From: an uncultured Spirochaetota bacterium | GTDB taxonomy: Bacteria > Spirochaetota > Brevinematia > Brevinematales > JAOACQ01 | Direction: 5' to 3' | NCBI GenBank assembly: GCA_963768055.1 | Contig: CAVYGN010000001.1 | Location: 896,001 to 960,000, forward strand | Length of the DNA stretch: 64,000 nucleotides | Shown: positions 50,317 to 59,010 of the stretch, in pieces | How the letters are laid out: each line of letters opens with the position of its first letter | Numbering within the stretch: position 1 is the stretch's first letter | Notes under the pieces: model-generated | What the model saw: only the letters and a program-made list of their open reading frames with translations | Databases searched by the model: none | What the model was told of the DNA's origin: nothing | Translations under genes and position numbers: made by a program

Positions 50317-52422
50317 CTAGGAGTTTTTACGTTCCTCTTCTTCTTTTTTCATTTCTTCAGCCTGCTTTTTGGCTTTTTCGTATTCGCTCTGGGGGAGAAC
50401 GTCAAAATGATCGATCTCCATTTCAAAGCGTCCTCTGCCGCTTGTGAGGCTGTTAAGCATGGGGGAATAAGATAGCATTTCGTAATAAGGCGCCAGAGCG
50501 TTAATTACTGTCACGTCCTCGGAAATCTTATCCATTCCAATGACTTTTCCTCTTTTTGTCCCGAGGTCGCCCATTACGTTGCCGATATCGTTTTCATCTA
50601 TGTATATTCTTACTTTGGCAATAGGTTCGAGGATTACGGGTTTTGCCCCTTCGATAGCTAACTTGGTGGCATGCAAACCCGCAATGCGGAAAGACATATC
50701 ATTGGAATCCACTTCGTGGAACGATCCGTCGTATACAGTGACTTTCAGGTCGACAACCGGATATCCGGCAATGACGCCGCTGTCGCAGGCTTCGAATGCA
50801 CCCTTCTCAATTGCCGGTACATAATTTTTGGGTATTGACCCCCCGTAAATTTCTTCCGTGAATAAAAATCCCTCATTCCTGGATTGAGGTTCGACGCGCA
50901 GATAAACCTCGCCGTACTGGCCATGGCCGCCGCTTTGCTTTTTATGCTTGTAATGGCCTTCAGCCTTCGATGTGATCGTTTCCTTATATGATACCCGGGG
51001 AGAACGGGTATCGAAAGAGAGTTTGTATTTATGCTTGATGATATCGAATATTATCCTGCCCTGTATTTCACCCATGCATGACACTACCATCTCCTTTGTG
51101 ATGTCGTTATAACCGTACTTGAAGGTAGAGTCCTCCTGGGAAATAATATGAAATACCGAGGCAAGCTTATCCTCCGATTTTCTGTCTGTTGAATGAATGG
51201 CCACAAAATACGACGGATTAGGCAGCCTTATAGGTTCGTAAATAAGAGGTTTTGTCACATCTGTTACAGTATTGCCGGTTTCAAGCGATTCTATTTTTGT
51301 CAGAATGGCTATATCTCCTGCTTCCAGCGTCTGGATTTCCTTTATGTTTTTACCGTTTATCATGTAGATATGTGAAATCTTTTCTTTAATATTTTTATTT
51401 ACATTCAATAATTCGTCGCCCGTATTTAAAATACCGGACCTGATCCTGCAAAAAGATATCTTGCCTGCAAAAGGATCGATCCTTGTTTTGAAAATAAAGC
51501 CGCTGAAGGGTTCGGTCGGATCGGGGTGCCTTTTAAGCGTTTGTTCGGTATGTGTAGGGTCCTTTCCAGCTACTTCACCGATATAAAGGGGGGAAGGCAG
51601 ATAGGAAATAATTGTGTCGATAAGGGCCGCGGTCCCGATATTGTTGATTGCCGAACCGCATAGTATGGGGATTACCTTGTTGTTTAAAGTACAGGATTTA
51701 ACGCCGTTTTCTACTTCTTCCGCAGTAAGTTCGATTCCGTTCAGGAATTTTTCTATCAAAGCGTCATCTGTTTCGGCCACTGCGTCGAACAGCTTTTCCC
51801 TGTACTCTTTGACTTTATCCATCATATCGGCAGGTATTTCAATCTCTTTTGTACCGCTTTTATCCGTACATAAGGCTTTATTGTGAACCAGGTCGATTAT
51901 TCCCTTGAAATCCTTGCCTTTTCCGATCGGAAGTTCTATCGGAATGACAGGTTTTTTAAATTTTTTAGTCAGCATTTCGGCAGCCGAGTAAAAATCCGCC
52001 GCATCGTCATCCATTTTATTAATAAATACAACCCTTGCTATTTTATAATCGTCGGCAAAGTGCCAATCTTTTTCCGTATCGATCGTAATGCCTTCAGACG
52101 CGCTTACTACAAAGACAATACCCTCCGTAACACGGAACGCACTCCGTACTTCGGCCACCAGGTCGGGTATCCCGGGGGTATCTATAATATTTATTTTTAT
52201 TTCCTTCCATTCGAGAAAAGCCAGCGAGCTCCTGAGGGACATCTTTTTTGAAATCTCCTCCTCGTCGTAATCCATTACCGTAGTCCCTTTTACAACGCTT
52301 CCCATTTGTTCTATCTGGCCTGCAGTGAAAAGAAGGGCTTCGGAGAGAGTGGTTTTACCTACATTGGGGGCGCCGGAGATGCTTATATTTCTGATAAATT
52401 TGGGATCATAAATTTTCCCCAT
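50317..52422 (-). CDS. fusA: elongation factor G paralog (EF-G2-like)
   Basis: GKTT, DTPG, NKMD, HKKQSGGHGQYG, DGSFHEVDS; outside the str operon, divergent G1/G3. Confidence 0.88.
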   Translation of the reverse strand: MGKIYDPKFIRNISISGAPNVGKTTLSEALLFTAGQIEQMGSVVKGTTVMDYDEEEISKKMSLRSSLAFLEWKEIKINIIDTPGIPDLVAEVRSAFRVTEGIVFVVSASEGITIDTEKDWHFADDYKIARVVFINKMDDDAADFYSAAEMLTKKFKKPVIPIELPIGKGKDFKGIIDLVHNKALCTDKSGTKEIEIPADMMDKVKEYREKLFDAVAETDDALIEKFLNGIELTAEEVENGVKSCTLNNKVIPILCGSAINNIGTAALIDTIISYLPSPLYIGEVAGKDPTHTEQTLKRHPDPTEPFSGFIFKTRIDPFAGKISFCRIRSGILNTGDELLNVNKNIKEKISHIYMINGKNIKEIQTLEAGDIAILTKIESLETGNTVTDVTKPLIYEPIRLPNPSYFVAIHSTDRKSEDKLASVFHIISQEDSTFKYGYNDITKEMVVSCMGEIQGRIIFDIIKHKYKLSFDTRSPRVSYKETITSKAEGHYKHKKQSGGHGQYGEVYLRVEPQSRNEGFLFTEEIYGGSIPKNYVPAIEKGAFEACDSGVIAGYPVVDLKVTVYDGSFHEVDSNDMSFRIAGLHATKLAIEGAKPVILEPIAKVRIYIDENDIGNVMGDLGTKRGKVIGMDKISEDVTVINALAPYYEMLSYSPMLNSLTSGRGRFEMEIDHFDVLPQSEYEKAKKQAEEMKKEEEERKNS

Positions 52423-52481
52423 AAACTCCTCCCTTTAAAAAATTTCGTTTATAATAACATTTTTTTCAAGTAATGACAATT

Positions 52482-53084
52482 TTACTTTTCTTCTTTCCTG
52501 CTTATCAGCATAAATATATCGGTCAGCCTGGCTATATATTCCTTTTTGACCTCTTTGAAATTTGACATGTTGCTATAGGCTATCCTCTCCTTTATTGTAA
52601 CAAAATTGATGATCAGGGAAATGCAAAGCATTTTATCCATAATAGACATATGCCCGAATTCGAAAGAATTATCCCTCATGATAGATTCCATTTTATCCCA
52701 CATCGGGTTGATAAAGTTTATTATATCCATCTTTGTCTTGGGAGTTTCGAGAAGGGTTTCGGATAACAGGATCTTAATGATGTTAGAGTTGGTATCGATA
52801 TAATTGACGGCGATATCAAGCATATCATGGAGAATATTTTTATAATTGTTGCTGGGCTTGACATCTATCGAAGACAGGAGCAAATCCACCTTGCCGAGGT
52901 GTTTTTGTAAAATACTTATAAAAAGCCCTTCCTTGCTTGAAAAGTAATAATAAATCATCGCCTTGTTGATCTCGGCTTTTTTAGCGATCTCGTCGATCGA
53001 TACTCCGTCGAAACCCTTGTCGGCAAAAAGTATTTCCGCGCTTTCGAGAATACTCGATTTAATATCCGGCTTTTCAGTATCCAT
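52482..53084 (-). CDS. TetR/AcrR family regulator
   Basis: ILESAEILFADKGFDGVSIDEIAKKAEINKAMIYYYFSSKEGL. Confidence 0.92.
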   Translation of the reverse strand: MDTEKPDIKSSILESAEILFADKGFDGVSIDEIAKKAEINKAMIYYYFSSKEGLFISILQKHLGKVDLLLSSIDVKPSNNYKNILHDMLDIAVNYIDTNSNIIKILLSETLLETPKTKMDIINFINPMWDKMESIMRDNSFEFGHMSIMDKMLCISLIINFVTIKERIAYSNMSNFKEVKKEYIARLTDIFMLISRKEEK

Positions 53085-53174
53085 ATAAATTCTCCAAAGA
53101 GATATTCTAACATATCGGAGCGCGGTGTTCAAATAAATTATTTGCGATACAAAAGAAAATTTTCGAAAATGTTA

Positions 53175-53203
53175 TTGACTCGTTAATAAACCCTGATTAA
53201 ACT
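53175..53203 (+). promoter_or_regulatory. sigma70-type promoter
   Basis: TTGACT-17-TAAACT. Confidence 0.5.
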
Positions 53204-53210
53204 AGTATTT

Positions 53211-53984
53211 ATGAAATACGCGGGGTTTAATATGAAAATTATCAGGGCGGTTCTTCTTACCGCAGGTTCTATCCTGGCACTGCTTATCCTTGCTTACGCA
53301 GGTTACGGGTTTTATTTTTCTTCAAAAGTAAACGCTATGCCCGAAGTAAAGAAATTTACAGACCTTGAAGGCAGGAGGGCGTCCGGTGGAAATTACATAA
53401 CAAACGATAAAAACGGCGATTATTTAATTTTCCCGGGCAAAAAAAACAAAGACGAGGGAGTTATCATTTATCCCGCAGCTTTCTCGGATGAAAAAGGATA
53501 TATACCCGAGGCGTTTAAATTCGCGGATGAGGGTTACTCGGTTTTTATCGCGAAAATGCCATTAAGGCTTTCAATGTTGAATACTGAAAACGGCTTGAAT
53601 TATACTCTGAGTTATAAAAACATAAAAAAATGGTATATTATCGGACACTCCCAGGGCGGCCTCGCAGCATCAGTTTTTGCGGATAAACATCCTGATAAAA
53701 TCTCCGGCCTGATCCTCATGGCGAGCGGCCCGCTGCCGGATATGAAAAAATCGAAAATTAAATCGCTCCTCTTCTTTGCGACCAGGGACGGCTATTTCAG
53801 CAGGGCGGCATTCGAAGCTGCAAAAAAGGGGCTTCCCGCCGATACGGATTATTATACCATAGAGGGCGGGAACCATTCTCAATTCGGGTTATACCCTTTA
53901 ATGCCGGGAGACAAAAAGGCCGGCATAACGCTCGAAGAACAGCAGAAAGAGGTTATTGCTGAGATCCTGAAATTCCTTAAGTAG
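53211..53984 (+). CDS. alpha/beta hydrolase with N-terminal anchor
   Basis: GHSQGG nucleophile elbow, TRDG, IEGGNHSQFG.Y. Confidence 0.88.
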   Translation: MKYAGFNMKIIRAVLLTAGSILALLILAYAGYGFYFSSKVNAMPEVKKFTDLEGRRASGGNYITNDKNGDYLIFPGKKNKDEGVIIYPAAFSDEKGYIPEAFKFADEGYSVFIAKMPLRLSMLNTENGLNYTLSYKNIKKWYIIGHSQGGLAASVFADKHPDKISGLILMASGPLPDMKKSKIKSLLFFATRDGYFSRAAFEAAKKGLPADTDYYTIEGGNHSQFGLYPLMPGDKKAGITLEEQQKEVIAEILKFLK

Positions 53985-53999
53985 CGAAAATCGAAATGC

Positions 54000-55280
54000 C
54001 TATTTATGAAATAATTGAATAACAGTGCTCGTTCCTAACGAACATATCAGCAGATATATAATTATCAGGACAAATTTTTCCCATTTGAGCAGCTTGTATT
54101 GTTCGGGCAGCACCCTCCATCCGAGGGCGATTAAAAAACCCAGCACGACCGGCAAAAGAAGGGCATTTATAACCTCAATCCCTATTGTCAGTGAAATTAA
54201 TGGAATACCTATCAATACAAGAACTGCCGCAAGTATTATAGACCCGCTGTATAAACCGTAAAAAACGGGGGCTTCTTTCCATGTACAGTTCAGGCTGCAT
54301 GGCACTTTTAATATTTCACCGTATGCCCATGAAGTCGCCAGGGAAACGACTATGGCTGCGATCAAAGCGGCGCCCGTTATGCCGGCGGCGAAAAGTATCC
54401 TGCCTATAAAAGATCCCAGGAAGGGCGTAATTGCATCGGCGATCTGCTGTACGTTGTCAAGAGGCGCATTGGGATTGGTTCGTCCGATAGTTGCGGCGGT
54501 TACTATCAATACACAGCACATAATGACCTGTGTGACTATAGACCCGGCGGCAGTGTCGAGCCTGCTGAAATTGATTACCTTATGCGACAGGCCTTTATCT
54601 ACAACCGCGCCCTGCTGGTAAAATATCATCCAGGGCATTATGACAGCCCCGACATTCGCGGCTATAAGTATCCAGAATGATTTACTTTTAATCGGCAGGC
54701 TTCCGGCCGCTTGAATTATCGCATGAAAATCAGGCTTTGAGAATACCGCAACTACAATAAATATCAGTTCGAAAAGACCGACAAATAATGCAATCCGCTC
54801 GACAATTTTATATTTTCCTGTGCAGGAAATTAATATTAATACCAGAGCGGCTGAAAGTATCATCAGCCATTGCGGTACTCCAAATAATACACTTACGCCC
54901 GCTATTCCCGCAAATTCAGTCACAAGGGCGCCTATTGCCGTTACAAACAGGGTAATAACCGATACCCATGCCCATTTTGCGCCGAAAGTATCGCGTATCA
55001 ATTCCGCATGGCCCTTCCCGGTCGTTATGCCGATCCGTACGGTCAATTCCTGCACAATATACAGAACAGGTACAAGAACCACCTGCAAAATTAAAAGTTT
55101 GTACCCCCATTGAGCGCCCGATTGCGCGGCGGTAATTATCGAACCGGCATCGGTATCGGCTAACATAACAGTTAACCCGGGCCCGATTGTTGCAAGCAAT
55201 ACAATCCATGTTAACTTTTTTGATTTTGAAGGGGAAACACTTTTTTTTCCAGGCGAAGGTTCATGAAAGCCCTGCTCCAT
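54000..55280 (-). CDS. mntH: Nramp-family divalent metal transporter
   Basis: GPGL...ADTDAGS, AQSGAQWGY, GAVIMPW. Confidence 0.82.
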   Translation of the reverse strand: MEQGFHEPSPGKKSVSPSKSKKLTWIVLLATIGPGLTVMLADTDAGSIITAAQSGAQWGYKLLILQVVLVPVLYIVQELTVRIGITTGKGHAELIRDTFGAKWAWVSVITLFVTAIGALVTEFAGIAGVSVLFGVPQWLMILSAALVLILISCTGKYKIVERIALFVGLFELIFIVVAVFSKPDFHAIIQAAGSLPIKSKSFWILIAANVGAVIMPWMIFYQQGAVVDKGLSHKVINFSRLDTAAGSIVTQVIMCCVLIVTAATIGRTNPNAPLDNVQQIADAITPFLGSFIGRILFAAGITGAALIAAIVVSLATSWAYGEILKVPCSLNCTWKEAPVFYGLYSGSIILAAVLVLIGIPLISLTIGIEVINALLLPVVLGFLIALGWRVLPEQYKLLKWEKFVLIIIYLLICSLGTSTVIQLFHK

Positions 55281-55305
55281 ATTTTATTGCTCCCTCTGCA
55301 TGTTA

Positions 55306-55324
55306 ATATTGATAATCAATATCA
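55306..55324. promoter_or_regulatory. Fur-family box upstream of Nramp gene
   Basis: TGATAATCAATATCA (one mismatch to 7-1-7 TGATAATnATTATCA), adjacent to the -10 element. Confidence 0.65.
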
Positions 55325-55353
55325 TTTATAATATACAGATAAGATTTTGTCAA
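55325..55353 (-). promoter_or_regulatory. sigma70-type promoter for Nramp gene
   Basis: TTGACA-17-TATAAA on minus strand. Confidence 0.6.
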
Positions 55354-55412
55354 TATTAGCTTTTAAAATTAGCTTTTAAAATCGTTATTTCAGTAAAACA
55401 GCCTTTTAACGG

Positions 55413-56810
55413 TTAAATTTTTTCGGTTTCGAATTTTACGGCCGGATTTATTGGAATGGCTCTCTTTTTCCATCTTCCCGATAAATAATAAAGCAGGCTG
55501 GTAATCGCGGTCAGGAATAGGCTCATGACAATTGCAAGCCAGATGCCGTCGATCCCGAGGCCCGTACGGCTCAGAAACCCCGCAAAGGGTATCCTGACCA
55601 GGCAGAGCGATACCAGGGTAATCAGCATTGTCGTAATAGTTTTTCCAGCCCCGTTTATAACCCCGTTAGAAACATAAATAAGCGTATAAAAAAGATAGCC
55701 CAGGCCGACTATGTGGAAGTATTTTATCCCGTTCACGATCACTTCCGGGTCGCGTACGAATAATTTCATAACCGTTTCGGGGAACAGATAACAAAGCATG
55801 GATATCGAAAGCACTACCGGAATATTGACAATAATTCCCCATTTGAATATTTCTTTAATCCTTTCCGGCTTATTCGCGCCCAGATTTTGAGCGGTCAGGG
55901 CTGAAACGCTCATCATGACAGCCATTGCCGGCATTGCCACTATTCCGTCTATCCTTCCGGCTATTCCGAACGCTGCGATTGCCGGCGGACCGAAGCTGTT
56001 GACAAATACCGTAATAAAACCGTAACCCATGGAAATGAGGATCTGCTGGATAAAAGACGGCAGGCCGATCATCACGATCTTTGAAATTACATATCCTTCT
56101 AAAGAAAGCCCTGAGGGATTAACCGGCAGATCGCGGTACTTTACCCTGCTGTAGATTATTCCGGCTATGGTAGCCGTGGAAGAGGCTATAAGGGTCGCGA
56201 ACGCGGCTCCGTTAAGGCCCAGCCGGGGGATGGGGCCCAGGCCCATGATAAGAACAGGGTCGAGAATAGCGTTTATAACCGTCGAAATGATTATAAATGT
56301 CATCGGAGTGACAGTATTGCCTATTCCCCTGAGGATTGAAACAACCAGGGTTGAAAGATACATAAAGATAAAAGAGATAAAAGTGATCTTTAAATAAGAG
56401 GAAGCGATCGGCATGATCTCATCGGGTGTTCCAAGGGCCTTAAGGATAAAACCGGAAAATAAAATCCCTGCGGCCGGGATCAGAATAATTATAAAAATCG
56501 CTATAGATGCGGAATTGTTTACAACTTTCCGTATCATGGGAAGATTTTTAGCCCCGTATGCCCTTGAAATCATGATCGTTGTGGCAATTGAGGCTCCCGT
56601 AGTCAGGGCGAGCATTCCCAGGAAGAGGGGGAAACTTACGGCGACGGCCCCGACAGCATCCCTTCCCAGAAGGTTTCCAACCCATATTGCGTTTATTATC
56701 CCGTAGCCGGTAGTCAATAAATTACCCAGCAATACCGGCATTGCAAACCTTATCATGTGGCCCGGAATGCCCCCTGTCGTCAAATCTGTTCCGAAATTCC
56801 CTTTCATCAT
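55413..56810 (-). CDS. MATE family efflux transporter
   Basis: DLTTG, LRGIGNT..P, NAILDPVL, GAAFAT, AQNLGA, GIWLAI; about 12 TM. Confidence 0.93.
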   Translation of the reverse strand: MMKGNFGTDLTTGGIPGHMIRFAMPVLLGNLLTTGYGIINAIWVGNLLGRDAVGAVAVSFPLFLGMLALTTGASIATTIMISRAYGAKNLPMIRKVVNNSASIAIFIIILIPAAGILFSGFILKALGTPDEIMPIASSYLKITFISFIFMYLSTLVVSILRGIGNTVTPMTFIIISTVINAILDPVLIMGLGPIPRLGLNGAAFATLIASSTATIAGIIYSRVKYRDLPVNPSGLSLEGYVISKIVMIGLPSFIQQILISMGYGFITVFVNSFGPPAIAAFGIAGRIDGIVAMPAMAVMMSVSALTAQNLGANKPERIKEIFKWGIIVNIPVVLSISMLCYLFPETVMKLFVRDPEVIVNGIKYFHIVGLGYLFYTLIYVSNGVINGAGKTITTMLITLVSLCLVRIPFAGFLSRTGLGIDGIWLAIVMSLFLTAITSLLYYLSGRWKKRAIPINPAVKFETEKI

Positions 56811-56822
56811 TTCCCTCTCTAT

Positions 56823-57512
56823 TTATTTTATTAATGGAATAGGCATAGCCTTCAATTCTTCCAGTATTTCAGCGATATATTTTTTCACCTCCGCCTCTTC
56901 AAAATCAGTCCTTAAGGCGTTAAGATTGTAAACTATAATTCCGAAAGCAGAATCTGTAAGATCTTTCAAGCCGTCGCCTTCCAGCCAGTCGATAATGTGA
57001 TAATGCAATATACCTTCATATGATAGAGCGGCTAACCTCAGGTCCGGAACGCTTATCAGATCACTTTCCATGAAATATTTAAGCCATTCTTCCATCCTTT
57101 TATTGCTGTTTCTCATATTAAGAGACAATTTTTTTTCGAAATCAGGGTTGATGGCTACGGCTTCGATTAAAAGGAGCCTTGCCAGGTCCCGTTTAGTCTG
57201 ATACATCCATAGCGCGGTCGTTAGAGTCCTGGCGAAGTTCCTGACAAATCCGCATTTTTCATAAACAATGACGCTTTCGACAGTATCCCGGATCAATCCC
57301 GAGATCTCGTCATATAAAACTGAAAAAAGTTCTTCCTTGCTTTTAAAATAAAAATAAAAACTCCCGACGGAGATGCCGGCTTCGTCGACAATATCTTTCA
57401 CCGTGGTATTGTGGTAGCCCTTCCGGGCAAAAACCTCTGTCGCGGTATTCAAAATATGAAGTTTCTTCGCGTCTTTCCTGTCCTGGGTTTCTTTCGATGT
57501 TCTGTACGGCAT
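56823..57512 (-). CDS. TetR/AcrR family regulator
   Basis: VFARKGYHNTTVKDIVDEAGISVGSFYFYFKSKEEL. Confidence 0.92.
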   Translation of the reverse strand: MPYRTSKETQDRKDAKKLHILNTATEVFARKGYHNTTVKDIVDEAGISVGSFYFYFKSKEELFSVLYDEISGLIRDTVESVIVYEKCGFVRNFARTLTTALWMYQTKRDLARLLLIEAVAINPDFEKKLSLNMRNSNKRMEEWLKYFMESDLISVPDLRLAALSYEGILHYHIIDWLEGDGLKDLTDSAFGIIVYNLNALRTDFEEAEVKKYIAEILEELKAMPIPLIK

Positions 57513-57528
57513 TTTCAATCCTCATTCC

Positions 57529-57558
57529 AAGTATAGAATGAATACTCATTCTATACTT
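57529..57558. promoter_or_regulatory. palindromic TetR operator
   Basis: AAGTATAGAATGAATACTCATTCTATACTT near-perfect 30-bp palindrome between the -10 box and the tetR start. Confidence 0.75.
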
Positions 57559-57559
57559 C

Positions 57560-57588
57560 ATTTTAATATTATTTTTAATATGTGTCAA
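57560..57588 (-). promoter_or_regulatory. sigma70-type promoter for tetR-MATE
   Basis: TTGACA-17-TAAAAT on minus strand. Confidence 0.7.
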
Positions 57589-57653
57589 ATTTATTTTAAT
57601 AAGAGTTTGCTTACGGGTAAACGCGAAGTTAATTTCAATACAGAAAATTTTAT

Positions 57654-57682
57654 TTGACATCCGGGAGGTCTGTAAATATATT
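57654..57682 (+). promoter_or_regulatory. sigma70-type promoter for aldo/keto reductase
   Basis: TTGACA-17-TATATT. Confidence 0.65.
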
Positions 57683-57706
57683 TAAAAATCAAATAAAGGG
57701 GGCAAT

Positions 57707-58627
57707 ATGGCAAAGACTATCACAATTGCAAACGGCGAGTTGACTGTATCGTCTATCATACTAGGTTGCATGAGAATCACCCGGATCTCGAAGAAGGAGG
57801 CTTCAAACCTTGTCAGCACCGCCCTGGAAGCAGGGATTAATTTTTTCGATCACGCCGATGTTTACAGCGACGGAAAATGCGAGGAGGTTTTCGCGGAGGC
57901 CGTGAATATGACCCCTGCCGTCAGGGAGAAGATCATCCTGCAGACAAAATGCGGCATCGGGAAGGGATCCTACGATTTTTCTAAGGAGCATATTCTTGAT
58001 GCCGTTAACGGAAGCTTGAAACGTTTGAAAACCGAATACCTGGACGTACTACTCCTTCACCGGCCCGACGCGCTTGTAGAACCGGAAGATGTTGCCGAAG
58101 CTTTCGCCCTGCTGCATTCCAGCGGAAAGGTAAGGTATTTCGGGGTAAGCAATCACAATCCGATGCAGATAGAGCTTCTTAACAGGTACATGAACCACAG
58201 GATTATTTTCAACCAGCTTCAGCTCAGCATAACAAATACGGGAATGCTGGATTCGGGGCTTAACGTCAACATGAAGAACGAACCGTCCGTAAACAGGGAC
58301 GGCAGCATCATGGATTACTGCCGGCTGAACGATATTACCGTCCAGGCATGGTCGCCGTTCCAGTACGGCTTTTTTGAAGGCGTATTCCTCGATAATGAAA
58401 AATTTCCCGTATTGAACAAAAAGATCGATGAAATAGCCGCTCTGAAGGGAGTCCCGAATACAGCTGTCGCTGTCGCATGGATCCTCAGACATCCCGCAGG
58501 AATCCAGGTCATTGTGGGAACGACGAACGCCTCACGTCTGAAGGATATGGCAAAGGCGACGGATATAACCTTATCCCGGCAGGAGTGGTATGAAATCTAC
58601 CTTGCGGCGGGGAATAAGCTGCCGTGA
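57707..58627 (+). CDS. aldo/keto reductase (YcsN/YdhF-like)
   Basis: LGCMR, FDHADVY, QTKCGI, LLHRPD, GVSN, QAWSP. Confidence 0.93.
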   Translation: MAKTITIANGELTVSSIILGCMRITRISKKEASNLVSTALEAGINFFDHADVYSDGKCEEVFAEAVNMTPAVREKIILQTKCGIGKGSYDFSKEHILDAVNGSLKRLKTEYLDVLLLHRPDALVEPEDVAEAFALLHSSGKVRYFGVSNHNPMQIELLNRYMNHRIIFNQLQLSITNTGMLDSGLNVNMKNEPSVNRDGSIMDYCRLNDITVQAWSPFQYGFFEGVFLDNEKFPVLNKKIDEIAALKGVPNTAVAVAWILRHPAGIQVIVGTTNASRLKDMAKATDITLSRQEWYEIYLAAGNKLP

Positions 58628-58661
58628 GGCTTTACGGAAAATGCCTTCAATAATTCATCTG

Positions 58662-58751
58662 TCATCTCATCCGCTTTTGGATCAAACGAATTGCAAAATA
58701 CAAAATTGTCCCGATTAAAATTACTATAAACCACCATGGCATATCATGCAT
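58662..58751 (-). CDS. 29-aa single-helix membrane peptide (candidate small protein)
   Basis: MHDMPWWFIVILIGTILYFAIRLIQKRMR*, GGGAG 7 nt upstream of the ATG; below the ORF track cut-off. Confidence 0.5.
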   Translation of the reverse strand: MHDMPWWFIVILIGTILYFAIRLIQKRMR

Positions 58752-59010
58752 ATCAAAGCTCCCAACAGCAGCTTGAACCTTGCATTAACATATCGTATCG
58801 GATTCAATTCGTCAAGCAACTGACAGGTACGAAATTCGAAGTGCGGCGTCAGTCGACCGTTGACCGATAGATTATGCTAAAATCGGAAATTTTATTATAT
58901 TTTTACTAATGATAAAATAGTTTTGCGCTTATCATCATATTTAAAAATAATCATATTTAAAAGTTTTTATTGCTTGGTTTGCGCTGTCTGAAGTTAAATA
59001 AGGGGCTGCA

